From positions 1 to 59,331 of the forward strand of contig DATKWU010000004.1 in assembly GCA_035529375.1 (NCBI GenBank): a stretch of DNA of 59,331 nucleotides, in the 5' to 3' direction. Both the position numbers and the translations under genes were made by a program. The notes beneath the pieces are model-generated. The model did no database searches, was not told the origin of the DNA, and worked only from the letters and a program-made list of their open reading frames with translations. Of this stretch, positions 8,933 through 18,187 are shown piece after piece; the stretch's first letter is position 1; each line of letters begins with the position of its first letter. The stretch is from Patescibacteria group bacterium (GTDB lineage Bacteria; Patescibacteriota; Microgenomatia; PFEM01; JAHIFH01).

Positions 8933-10207
8933 ATGTTTATTGACAAACTTGAACTTCGACTCCGACGGGCGATAAAGTCAATCTTTCTTCGGCTGAAAGC
9001 CTATATCAAGCGTCTCCTTTTTCCTTTGTATCTTTTTCCTTTAAAACTGGTTACCTATTCCGCTTATTACTCGGTCAAGTTCCTGATTAAATTAGTTATT
9101 GCCCTTATTAAAATAATCATTGATGCTTTCATTTTTTCTTTTAAAAGCCTGAAGAATTTCTTGAAATCTCTTTTTGTTCTTGGTTTAGTTATTTACATGG
9201 TGGCTTCTCTTTTTGTGATTATGGATTACTTAAGAACCCAGTACGGCTATTACGGTAAGTTTTTATGTTCCTTTGGGGTTCAGGATAAGTTAAAGGGTTC
9301 GGTGGTCAGAGTCGTCGGCGGTTATTCTGAGGGATCCGGCTTTTTTATCACTGAAAACCAGATTCTAACTAACTTCCATGTTATTGCTGATGAACCCAGT
9401 CCTAAAGTAATCTTTCCTGACGGTAGTTTTATTACCCCGAATAGGATTCTTGGTGATAGAGACGCTGATTTGGCTCTTTTGTTTACCGAAGACCACTACC
9501 CGAATTTAGTTTTGCCTATTTTGAAAGATATTACCTTTCGTCAAGATGAACCACTAATAGCCACCGGTTATCCAATGGGAACGGAATTAAGCGGCAAAGC
9601 CACGGTTTTAAAGGGAAATTTTGTTGACTTTCGTAATCCCAAAAGCCAACGGGTCGGTTATATTCAAACTAATATCAGTTTAGTGGAAGGGATGAGCGGC
9701 GGACCTTTAACCGACCAGTGTGGACAGGTAGTCGGCATTAATACGATCGGCTTGGCTGGTTTATCTCTTTTTATTGATGCGGATCATGCCAGAATCATGG
9801 TTCCGCTCTTTACTGACCAGGAAATTACCAAGATAGAAGTTGATCCGTCGGCTTCTCCTGAGGAAGCGGTCAAGGCTTTTTATACCTATCTTAAAGCCAG
9901 GAAAATGAAAGAAGGCTTTGAGCTTTTAAGTCAGGAGTATCTCCAAAAGACCAATTTTGAAGAATGGACAAACAGATTTGTTGATATTCTAGATGTCAAT
10001 ATTTTTCTCTCGGAAAGATACGAAAATAGCGAAGACACGGTCTTTGTCAAATTTGGGACCAAAAACTGGGTTGATGGGGAAGTGGAAATTCATTATTATG
10101 AAGGCACTTGGCAAACAGTCCTGGAAGACGGTGTTTATAAAATGCTGAAAAGTAAAATAAAAGAAGTGGAAAATCCAGAATGGGATTGGTTTTATTCATC
10201 TGATTAA
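8933..10207 (+). CDS. Membrane-anchored trypsin-like serine protease (S1) with C-terminal alpha/beta (NTF2-like) domain
   Basis: Catalytic triad motifs LTNFHVI, DADLALL, GMSGGPL; N-terminal TM; ATG 8933 preferred over TTG 8891. Confidence 0.85.
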   Translation: MFIDKLELRLRRAIKSIFLRLKAYIKRLLFPLYLFPLKLVTYSAYYSVKFLIKLVIALIKIIIDAFIFSFKSLKNFLKSLFVLGLVIYMVASLFVIMDYLRTQYGYYGKFLCSFGVQDKLKGSVVRVVGGYSEGSGFFITENQILTNFHVIADEPSPKVIFPDGSFITPNRILGDRDADLALLFTEDHYPNLVLPILKDITFRQDEPLIATGYPMGTELSGKATVLKGNFVDFRNPKSQRVGYIQTNISLVEGMSGGPLTDQCGQVVGINTIGLAGLSLFIDADHARIMVPLFTDQEITKIEVDPSASPEEAVKAFYTYLKARKMKEGFELLSQEYLQKTNFEEWTNRFVDILDVNIFLSERYENSEDTVFVKFGTKNWVDGEVEIHYYEGTWQTVLEDGVYKMLKSKIKEVENPEWDWFYSSD

Positions 10208-10235
10208 AACTATAAGCTAGAGTGTAGGTAAAATA

Positions 10236-10270
10236 GACTATTGACACCAGAATAAATAGTCGGGTATAAT
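10236..10270 (+). promoter_or_regulatory. lexA promoter (TTGACA-18-TATAAT) overlapped by inverted repeat GACTATT-N12-AATAGTC
   Basis: ttgaca 10241-10246, tataat 10265-10270; IR arms 10236-10242 and 10255-10261; ATG 8 nt after the -10 (leaderless). Confidence 0.7.
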
Positions 10271-10278
10271 TTTAGCAA

Positions 10279-10917
10279 ATGAGACTAGCCATTACCAAAA
10301 GACAAAAAGAATTACTCTCGATCATTTACAAATTCATTAAAGAAACAGGTTATCCTCCAAATTTTGAAGAGATGAAAGATGCTCTAAACGTTGTCTCTAA
10401 TCAATCAGTAGTTGATCTTCTTGGCCATCTTGAAAGAAAAAAATTTATTAAGCGTGATGAAGGAACAGCCCGAAGCATCGCTATTTTACTGTTAGGATAC
10501 GAAGCTTTGGAAAGACCTCCACTAGTTCCTTTTTTAGGTATAACCAGTGCAGGAGCGCCTCTAGAAGCAATTGAGGTTTCTGGAGATTGGGAAGCTATAT
10601 CTTCAGAAGTAACTCAACTTAAAGATGAAGTTTTTCTTCTTAGAATCTCTGGTGATTCGATGATTAATGCGGGTATTGATGATGGAGACACAGTTTTAGT
10701 TAAGAGACAAAATGAATTCGTTTCTGGGGATATTGTCTTGGCTGATGTTGAAGGAGAATCAATGGTCAAGCGATTTATTTCCGACGACCAACCTCCATAC
10801 ATTTACCTTAGACCAGAAAATCCAAAATATGATGTTATTCCATTCACTGACAAGATGAAATTGAAAGGTAAAGTTGTTTCAGTTTTAAATAAAGCATACT
10901 GGAAACCAGCAGCTTAA
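10279..10917 (+). CDS. lexA: LexA-family repressor (wHTH + S24 peptidase)
   Basis: TKRQKELL..I..FI..GYPP wHTH, Ala-Gly cleavage site (SAGAP), GDSM and VKR catalytic Ser/Lys. Confidence 0.88.
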   Translation: MRLAITKRQKELLSIIYKFIKETGYPPNFEEMKDALNVVSNQSVVDLLGHLERKKFIKRDEGTARSIAILLLGYEALERPPLVPFLGITSAGAPLEAIEVSGDWEAISSEVTQLKDEVFLLRISGDSMINAGIDDGDTVLVKRQNEFVSGDIVLADVEGESMVKRFISDDQPPYIYLRPENPKYDVIPFTDKMKLKGKVVSVLNKAYWKPAA

Positions 10918-10926
10918 GGAGAATTT

Positions 10927-12879
10927 ATGCCAACAGTGAAACAAAACAAGACAAAAGTAGTAATTGACAAAATTTTTAAAGACCCAGGAATTCTTTATGG
11001 GCTGAAAGAGTTTGAAGAGATAGATTTGGTTAAAGTTCTAACGATTACCGAGGAAGAGAAAGGGGTTTATTATATTAAAGATCTCAAATCTGGAAAAAGA
11101 AAAGTTGTCTATGACGAAGAAAAACAGAAGGGCAAACCTGAAGAAATTATTCGGCAATTATGGCTTTACAAACTCCACACTACCTATAAGTATCCATTTG
11201 AACGAATAGATACAGAGAAGAGTATTCACTTCGGTCACGAAATTCACGCCAAAGCGGCTGATATTATTGTTTACAAGAAAGATAAAATTACACCCTTTAT
11301 TATTATTGAAGTTAAAAGCCCAACAGAAAAGAAAGGCATTGAACAACTCAAGAGTTATCTCTCTGCCGAGGGTTCAGAAATCGGAGTTTGGTCGAACGGA
11401 ATAGAAAAAGTAATCTTGTACAGACCCTATCCAAAGGAATTCGAGGATTCCTTAAGTGAAATTCCAGCCGCAGATCAGACAATTGATGATCTCTTTGAGA
11501 TTAAAAAAACCTGGAATGATTTAAACCCCAAATTTGATTTTGTCGAAATTGTTAAAAGAATTGAAGAACTGGCACTAGCTGGTTCTGGAGCTAATGTCTT
11601 TGAGGAGATATTTAAAATGATCTATGCCAAACTTTTTGATGAGAAGTTGGCTCTTGAACGCCGAAAAGACCAAGAAGTTCTTTTTAGAAAGTACCGTGAT
11701 CCGGAAAAAACCTATGAAATTATCAATCAACTCTTTAAAAATGCTGCCCGGCAATGGCCGGAAACCTTTGAGTCGTCTGAGCGGATTAAGCTTACGCCGG
11801 CAAGACTTAATATTTGTGTTCCTTTTTTAGAAAATGTTCGCTTTTTTGAATTAGGCCAGGGCGAATATGAGATTATCGATAGCGCTTTTGAATATCTCAT
11901 CACCGAGGTTTCAAAAGGTAAAAAAGGTCAATATTTTACTCCTAGGCACGTGATTAAGATGTGTGTGAAGATGCTTAATCCCAAAGATGATGAGTATGTT
12001 ATTGACCCCGCCTGTGGTTCTGGAGGATTCCTCCTTCACACAATGTATCAAGTATGGGATAGTTTGCCAACAGAATCAGCGAAGAAAGATTATGCAGGAA
12101 AATACCTTTTTGGAATTGATTTTGATGACAATATGCGACGAATTTCTCAGGCACTGATGTTAATTGCCGGTGATGGCAAACACAATATTTTTAAAAGAGA
12201 TTCACTTGATGCTCGGGATTGGCAGGGAGTTTATGCAGAAGAAGCCCGGGTAGCCTTAAAGCCGCTTTTAGCTAAATTTGACAACCCCTCAGATGATAAA
12301 GAAAACCAGCTTGCTTATAGCCATCTTAATTTTGATATTTTATTAACCAACCCTCCGTTTGCCGGTGAAAATCCGGAGCCAGGCTTGCTACGTCAGTATG
12401 ATTTAGCCAAAAAGGACGGCAAACTAAAGAAAAACGTTGAACGCCACATTCTTTTCATTGAAAGATCATTAGATGCGATTCGACCAGGGGGTCGTCTAGC
12501 GATAGTTCTACCTCAAGGAGTCTTAAATAACACCAATATGGAATATATTCGTCAGTGGATATTTGAGAAAGCTAGAATTTTAGCAGTAGTCGGCTTACAC
12601 GGTAATACTTTTAAACCTCACACGGGTACTAAAACAAGTGTTTTGTTTTTACAAAAATGGATCGAAGATGAAAAACAACCAAAGGATTACCCAATTTTCA
12701 TGGCGGTTTCCAAAAAATCGGGAAAAGACAATTCCGGGAATTATGTTTATAAAAAAGACGAAAAAGGAAACCTAGTCTATGATGGCCGAGGTCGCAAAGT
12801 TCTCGATCATGACCTCGACGAAATCGCCGAAAAGTTTATTAAATTCGCTAAAGAGCAAAAATTTAGTTTTTGGAGGTAA
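10927..12879 (+). CDS. Fused restriction endonuclease / N6-adenine methyltransferase (HsdR_N-like + N6_Mtase; Type IIB/IIG-like RM subunit)
   Basis: N-terminal ADIIVY...IIIEVK PD-(D/E)xK; GQYFTPR, DPACGSGGFL (motif I), NPPF (motif IV). Confidence 0.88.
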   Translation: MPTVKQNKTKVVIDKIFKDPGILYGLKEFEEIDLVKVLTITEEEKGVYYIKDLKSGKRKVVYDEEKQKGKPEEIIRQLWLYKLHTTYKYPFERIDTEKSIHFGHEIHAKAADIIVYKKDKITPFIIIEVKSPTEKKGIEQLKSYLSAEGSEIGVWSNGIEKVILYRPYPKEFEDSLSEIPAADQTIDDLFEIKKTWNDLNPKFDFVEIVKRIEELALAGSGANVFEEIFKMIYAKLFDEKLALERRKDQEVLFRKYRDPEKTYEIINQLFKNAARQWPETFESSERIKLTPARLNICVPFLENVRFFELGQGEYEIIDSAFEYLITEVSKGKKGQYFTPRHVIKMCVKMLNPKDDEYVIDPACGSGGFLLHTMYQVWDSLPTESAKKDYAGKYLFGIDFDDNMRRISQALMLIAGDGKHNIFKRDSLDARDWQGVYAEEARVALKPLLAKFDNPSDDKENQLAYSHLNFDILLTNPPFAGENPEPGLLRQYDLAKKDGKLKKNVERHILFIERSLDAIRPGGRLAIVLPQGVLNNTNMEYIRQWIFEKARILAVVGLHGNTFKPHTGTKTSVLFLQKWIEDEKQPKDYPIFMAVSKKSGKDNSGNYVYKKDEKGNLVYDGRGRKVLDHDLDEIAEKFIKFAKEQKFSFWR

Positions 12880-12881
12880 AA

Positions 12882-13589
12882 ATGAAACAAGATAATGATT
12901 TTCTTCAGCCGGTAATCTCCGTACTAGGACTTGCAATTTCCTTAATTATCGCAATCCTACCGCTTTTTAAGTTAGAGCCTTTAATCAAATTGTTTACTAA
13001 TAAAGATTTGGCTCAACCAGTCTCATTTTTAACTTTTATACTTGGTGTAGCCATTGTTTGGCAAATTATAGAATTTCATCCCTTTGTGTCGATTCCACTC
13101 GGAAATCTTAAGGACAGAGGCAGAGGATTCCCTGAATATTGGAAAGTGTTAGGGACAAATAACATAATTTGGTTGTTAGTATTTTCCTCGTTCTTTTTTG
13201 GATTTTTATTTCTTTTTGCACAAAGTTGGAGTGGCAATTTTGCATTAGGCCAAGCTATTTTTTATTTGCTTTTCTTTTTATCCTTGATTTCTATCTTTTC
13301 TATTCTATTCACACAGACAAGGCAAAAATATATGTGGAACGAACGTAGAAAGAACTTTCCTCAGACAGTTTTTGAGACACTAGAAAGAAATAGGTTAGTA
13401 AAACCGGGTATAGAGATCTACGAAAATGTTCAACTGGGAGCCCAAGAACTACAAGATATGGGTTTTAAAAACGTATTTCTTGCCAAAAAGATGACAGTTA
13501 AGACGATTTCGCAAGAGCCAGAAGTTATAAAGTTTATTATTTCTTCTGATGGTGAAGAAATTTTGAAAGTGATTAAGAAAGGAAAATAA
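12882..13589 (+). CDS. Hypothetical multi-TM (about 5) membrane protein inside the RM operon
   Basis: Hydrophobic helices in the N-terminal 145 aa, soluble C-terminus; start ATG 12882 after ggagg; stop overlaps the next start (taatg). Confidence 0.75.
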   Translation: MKQDNDFLQPVISVLGLAISLIIAILPLFKLEPLIKLFTNKDLAQPVSFLTFILGVAIVWQIIEFHPFVSIPLGNLKDRGRGFPEYWKVLGTNNIIWLLVFSSFFFGFLFLFAQSWSGNFALGQAIFYLLFFLSLISIFSILFTQTRQKYMWNERRKNFPQTVFETLERNRLVKPGIEIYENVQLGAQELQDMGFKNVFLAKKMTVKTISQEPEVIKFIISSDGEEILKVIKKGK

Positions 13590-14941
13590 TGGTTTTTTCA
13601 ATAATCAAAAAATCCCAACTCGAAGGTGCGAACCGATTGGATGCGGAATATTACCAGCCGGAGTATCTGGAAAAAATTAAAAAATTGCAATCTTCTACTG
13701 TCAGACTTGGAGATATCGCTTATATTACTGACGGTGAACATGGATCGCCTATTTTTGATGAAAAAAGCGGAATAAAATACTTCTCTGCCCAACATGTAAG
13801 AGACGGATTTATAGACGACACCAATGTCAACACAATTTCTAAAATTATTGATGAGAGAAATAAAAGATCACAGTTGAAAGAAGGAGATGTTTTATTGTCC
13901 ACCGTAGGTACAATTGGTTTTGCTGGTTTAGTAACAAAGGAATTTCTACCAGCTAATATTGACAGGCACGTCGCGCGGATTGTTTTAAAGGAAAAAACCT
14001 TAGAACCAGAGTTTTTAGTTGCCTTTTTAAATTCAAGATATGGGAAATTTCAATCGGTCCGCGAATCTACTGGGAATGTTCAGTTTAATTTGTTTATCGA
14101 TAAAATTAAAGATCTTAAAGTCCCTAAATCTAACAATCCCTACATTGCGCGGTTATTAAAAGATGCACTAAAAGAACTAGATAATACAGAGAATTTTTAT
14201 TCCCAAGCAGAAAATTTGCTTTTAGAAGAATTAGGGCTGAAGGATTTTGAAGTGGAGGATGATTTATCTTTTGTGGTTAATCTTTCCGAAGTAAAATCCG
14301 CTCATCGTGCCGATGCCGAATACTTCCAACCGAAATACGAAAAATTAATTGAAAAAATTAAAAATAAAAATGCAAAATTACTAGGGGAATTAGTTTCAAT
14401 AAAAAAAGGAATTGAACCAGGGAGCGAAGAATATCAAGAAGAAGGAAAATTATTTTTTCGAGTAAGCAGCCTCTCGAAATTCGGGTTTGAAGATAAAGAT
14501 CAAAAATACCTAACCGAAGATTTATATCAAAAACTTAAGGATGATTTTGAACCAAAAGTTGGGGAAATTTTATTAACTAAAGATGCAACACCAGGGATTG
14601 CCTATGCGTTAAAAGAGCCAATTGAGGGAATAACCGCAGGAGGAATTTTGCGATTGAAGTTAAAGGCAAAAATTGAGCAAGAATATTTGGCATTAGCTAT
14701 AAATTCAATTGTAGGTCAGATTCAGGTTGAAAGAGACACCGGTGGTTCAGTTATAGTCCATTGGAGACCAGATCAGGTTAGAGATTGCCTAATTCCTGTT
14801 CTCTCAAAATCAACCCAACAAAAAATTGCCAATTTAGTAAAAAAATCTCACCAAGCCCGCAAAAAATTAAAAGAACTTCTCGAAAAAGCAAAAAGAAAAG
14901 TTGAAGAGATAATTGAAAAAGGAGGTGAAAAAACTGCATGA
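13589..14941 (+). CDS. hsdS: Restriction-modification specificity subunit (HsdS-like, two TRDs)
   Basis: Duplicated RLDAEYYQP / RADAEYFQP motifs, GDVLLSTVGTIG, PEFLVAFLNS, coiled-coil spacers. Confidence 0.85.
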   Translation: MVFSIIKKSQLEGANRLDAEYYQPEYLEKIKKLQSSTVRLGDIAYITDGEHGSPIFDEKSGIKYFSAQHVRDGFIDDTNVNTISKIIDERNKRSQLKEGDVLLSTVGTIGFAGLVTKEFLPANIDRHVARIVLKEKTLEPEFLVAFLNSRYGKFQSVRESTGNVQFNLFIDKIKDLKVPKSNNPYIARLLKDALKELDNTENFYSQAENLLLEELGLKDFEVEDDLSFVVNLSEVKSAHRADAEYFQPKYEKLIEKIKNKNAKLLGELVSIKKGIEPGSEEYQEEGKLFFRVSSLSKFGFEDKDQKYLTEDLYQKLKDDFEPKVGEILLTKDATPGIAYALKEPIEGITAGGILRLKLKAKIEQEYLALAINSIVGQIQVERDTGGSVIVHWRPDQVRDCLIPVLSKSTQQKIANLVKKSHQARKKLKELLEKAKRKVEEIIEKGGEKTA

Positions 14942-15249
14942 TTTTGAAAGATAATTCAAATATAAAACTTCCAAGTTTCACGGGCGGTTCGTTTACAGAA
15001 ATGGATATCCACAGAACTGGAGCCCTTAATAACCTTATATTGGAAGGAATAGAAAAAATGGAAAATGGCGACTTAAAACTTGTTGTTCGAACTGAGAAAA
15101 CACAAAATAAGTTAAGTGATTCTATTAAATTTTTGAAAGAAAAACGAGGATTGAAAAATGCTCTTCATAAGTGGTTATCCGGTCAGATAGGAAAAACAAT
15201 AGATTCGATATACAGAAGTGAGTTTAGTTTTGAAAAAGACAGCGAGTAA
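14938..15249 (+). CDS. Hypothetical protein (103 aa)
   Basis: ATGA overlap with hsdS, SD aaaggaggtg. Confidence 0.65.
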   Translation: MILKDNSNIKLPSFTGGSFTEMDIHRTGALNNLILEGIEKMENGDLKLVVRTEKTQNKLSDSIKFLKEKRGLKNALHKWLSGQIGKTIDSIYRSEFSFEKDSE

Positions 15250-15577
15250 AAATGGCTAAAGCAAAGTTTAAGAAATTCAAACTACCAAAAACAGGTGATT
15301 TTCTTGCCTATAAGGTGGAAGTTTGGGCAAAAGAAGTATTACAATTTTCTTTCATAGGAAAGTTGACTGGCACAGAGCTTAAAATTTCGAAAGATAAGGG
15401 ATACGTAAAAACAGATACGGAAGCTCTTAAAAAACTCAGAATTTATAGTGTTAAAAAAGCGAGAGAAATTTATCAAGGAAATAGGTTTCGTATTGGGGAA
15501 GAATTTCAAGCATTTTACTTTCCTTCTTGGTGATTTTTTGAAACCTTTGAATTCTGGCAGTGAGTAAAAATGGCTAA
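15240..15577 (+). repeat. 20-nt direct repeat cag(c/t)gagtaaaaatggctaa spanning two consecutive start codons
   Basis: 15240-15259 vs 15558-15577, 19/20 identical. Confidence 0.85.
15252..15533 (+). CDS. Hypothetical basic protein (93 aa)
   Basis: ORF in operon orientation, flanked by a 20-nt direct repeat. Confidence 0.6.
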   Translation: MAKAKFKKFKLPKTGDFLAYKVEVWAKEVLQFSFIGKLTGTELKISKDKGYVKTDTEALKKLRIYSVKKAREIYQGNRFRIGEEFQAFYFPSW

Positions 15578-16343
15578 CTACCAACAAAGAAAAAGAAATC
15601 TCTACAACCCAAAATCAAAAATTCCCTTTCGGATTAGTCGGGGAAAAATTGATTTGTTTTTGGAATGCCCTCGTTGTTTTTATTTAGACAGGAGGTTAGG
15701 TTTGGGTCGGCCCAGCATGCCGGGGTGGGCTTTAAATTCGGCTGTTGATCAACTTTTAAAAAACGAATTTGATTTGTTAAGGAAAAACGGGGAAAGACAT
15801 CAATTAATGAAACATTACAAGATTGATGCCATTCCTTTTGCTCATCCTGACTTGCCCCTTTGGCGAGATGATGTTTATAAATTTGTTGGTGCTTCAGTTC
15901 TTCATCAACCCACTCATTTAGAAATCTGTGGGATTATTGATGATCTTTGGATTAATAGTCAGGAAGAATTAATTATTGTTGATTACAAATCAACCAGTAC
16001 TAGTCAAGAAATTTCCCTTGAAGATGAATATAAACAAGGTTTTAAAAAACAAATGGAAGTTTATCAATGGATCTTTAGGCAAAAAGGTTTTAAGGTTAAT
16101 CCGACCGGTTACTTTGTTTACGCTAACGCCGGTAGAAGTAGGCCTAAATTTGATGCCCGTTTAGAGTTTGAATTGCAAATAATTCCTCATAAAGGGGATG
16201 ATGCTTGGGTGGAACCGACGATTGTTGAAATTAAAAAATGTCTTGATTCCAGTAAAATCCCTGACTCCAACCCTGATTGTGAATTTTGTCAGTATCGGAA
16301 ACTAATTAAAAAAGAAGAAAAAGTTAAGAAAGGTGGTGGTTAA
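15570..16343 (+). CDS. PD-(D/E)xK nuclease, Cas4/RecB/AddB-like with predicted Fe-S cysteines
   Basis: CPRCFY, GIIDDLW, IVDYKS, QMEVYQW, CEFCQY. Confidence 0.85.
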   Translation: MANYQQRKRNLYNPKSKIPFRISRGKIDLFLECPRCFYLDRRLGLGRPSMPGWALNSAVDQLLKNEFDLLRKNGERHQLMKHYKIDAIPFAHPDLPLWRDDVYKFVGASVLHQPTHLEICGIIDDLWINSQEELIIVDYKSTSTSQEISLEDEYKQGFKKQMEVYQWIFRQKGFKVNPTGYFVYANAGRSRPKFDARLEFELQIIPHKGDDAWVEPTIVEIKKCLDSSKIPDSNPDCEFCQYRKLIKKEEKVKKGGG

Positions 16344-16345
16344 AA

Positions 16346-16516
16346 ATGACTGAGGAAGAAAGATTTAATCCAGAAGAAGGAAAGGTTTCAAAAGAAGAAA
16401 CTGCGGATTTGGCTTCTTCAATCACCAATCTTGAAAAACCAGAAATGACAGAGGCAGGTAAAGAAAGAGGCTGGGAGCGGATAGAAAGAGCGATCAGGAA
16501 GAAATTTGGAAGATAA
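16346..16516 (+). CDS. 56-aa Glu-rich protein (below ORF-track cutoff)
   Basis: MTEEERFNPEEGKVSKEETADLASSITNLEKPEMTEAGKERGWERIERAIRKKFGR; starts 2 nt after the nuclease stop, SD-like aggtggt. Confidence 0.6.
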   Translation: MTEEERFNPEEGKVSKEETADLASSITNLEKPEMTEAGKERGWERIERAIRKKFGR

Positions 16517-16592
16517 TTTATAAATAACACTTTAGAGGTGTTTTAGATAGGACACCTTGTGATTTTTTAGAAAAAGAGGATTTTTCGCCACT

Positions 16593-16607
16593 AAAATCCT
16601 GCCACTT
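16593..16607 (+). repeat. 15-nt direct repeat aaaatcctgccactt (copy 1)
   Basis: Exact second copy at 18849-18863; both precede similar extended -10 boxes. Confidence 0.85.
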
Positions 16608-16639
16608 CGAAATTTTCTTGAATTTGGTAGAATTAATAT

Positions 16640-17230
16640 ATGGTAAAAGTTAAAGTTTTAATTCAAGGATACGCAACAACTTTAAAGAAAGGCTGGATTG
16701 CTAGTTCAACTACAACATTGATTCAAGACGGGAAAACAAACATTGTTGTTGATCCAGGAATCAATAGAAAAAGACTCCTCAACGCTCTAAAAAAAGAAGG
16801 ATTAAAACCAGAAGACATTAATTATGTTTTTATGACTCACTTTCACCCCGACCATAACTACCTTGTCGGAATTTTTCCTAAAGCAAAGGCGTTGGATAAT
16901 GAACTGGTCTACGACAAAGATAGAGAGTATGAACATAAAAGGAAAATCCCAGGAACAAAGATAGAAATTCTTTTTACTTCAGGCCATGACCAATTCCATA
17001 GCTCTCTTGTTGTCCCAACCGAGAAAGGAATCATTGTTGTTGCTGGTGATGTCTGGTGGTGGAAAACAAGTCAAAAACAAAAAACAGATAAAGAATCTTT
17101 GCTTAAACATAAAGACATGTACGTTAAAGATAAAAAAGCTTTGCTAAAAAGCAGAAAAAAAATCTTAGAAGTTGCTGACTGGATTATTCCCGGACACGGA
17201 AAGATGTTTAAGAATCCACTAAAAAAATGA
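16640..17230 (+). CDS. Metallo-beta-lactamase-fold hydrolase
   Basis: THFHPDH (HxHxDH), GH, AGD, IIPGHG. Confidence 0.88.
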   Translation: MVKVKVLIQGYATTLKKGWIASSTTTLIQDGKTNIVVDPGINRKRLLNALKKEGLKPEDINYVFMTHFHPDHNYLVGIFPKAKALDNELVYDKDREYEHKRKIPGTKIEILFTSGHDQFHSSLVVPTEKGIIVVAGDVWWWKTSQKQKTDKESLLKHKDMYVKDKKALLKSRKKILEVADWIIPGHGKMFKNPLKK

Positions 17231-18153
17231 TTGGAGAGGGAAAAATAATTCTTCACCCCAAGCCTCCCTATGATTTAAATCAATATATTCAAACTTTAGG
17301 GGATTTTACTTCTGATGGCGTCAATCTTTTTAAAAAATCCGATCTTCTGGGCAAGGCTTTTTACCAGAGAGTAATTAGAGTCGGTGATCAATTCACTCTC
17401 ATTACCGCTTCTCAAAAAACACCTCCTGATAAACCCCAAATCACTGTTCAATACCAACCTAGAGTCAATCAAAAAGAATTAAAAAAGAAATTAACCTGGA
17501 TTTTTGGCTTAGATGAGAGTTTAAAAGGTTTTTATCAAAAAGCCAAAAAAGACCCGGTTCTTTCTGAAGCCGTCAAACAATTTTACGGTTTAATTCCTTT
17601 GAGAACAGCTACGGTTTACGAAATGGTGATTGCCGCTATTACCGAACAACAAATTTCTTTGGTAGTGGCTACTAAAATCCGTTCTCGTTTGGTCAAGAAA
17701 TTTGGCGAATCAATTAAAGTAAAAGGAAAAAAATATTATGCTTTTCCTTCTTCGGAGAGATTGGCTTCTGCGAAACCCAAAGACCTTCTTAAAATAGGCC
17801 TCAGTCGTCAAAAGGCTGATTATATTCTTGGTTTTTCTAAACTGGTGGCTTCAGGCGAATTTGAAGTTGAAGAATTGAAAAATAGGTCTGATCAAAAAGT
17901 CATCGAAGAATTAACTAAGATAAGAGGTTTAGGTCCTTGGACAGCTGAATATGTTTTAGCTAGAGGCTTAGGTAGGACTGATGTTTTCCCGGCTGATGAT
18001 TTAGGTGTTCGAACCGCTCTAGGAAGAATATATGGGGACGGTAAACTAGTCTCTCCTCAAAAAGCAAGAAAAATTCTAGCTAAATGGAAGCCTTATCGCC
18101 GTTATGCCACTTTTTATCTTCTTTGTGCCGGCAGACTTAATCCAATGATGTAA
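17227..18153 (+). CDS. alkA: DNA-3-methyladenine glycosylase II (AlkA family, HhH-GPD)
   Basis: AITEQQIS, GLSRQKADYI, LTKIRGLGPWTAEY, FPADDLGV, WKPYRRYA. Confidence 0.9.
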   Translation: MIGEGKIILHPKPPYDLNQYIQTLGDFTSDGVNLFKKSDLLGKAFYQRVIRVGDQFTLITASQKTPPDKPQITVQYQPRVNQKELKKKLTWIFGLDESLKGFYQKAKKDPVLSEAVKQFYGLIPLRTATVYEMVIAAITEQQISLVVATKIRSRLVKKFGESIKVKGKKYYAFPSSERLASAKPKDLLKIGLSRQKADYILGFSKLVASGEFEVEELKNRSDQKVIEELTKIRGLGPWTAEYVLARGLGRTDVFPADDLGVRTALGRIYGDGKLVSPQKARKILAKWKPYRRYATFYLLCAGRLNPMM

Positions 18154-18187
18154 TGAAAAATTTCTTCCTGAATTTGGTAAAATTGGG

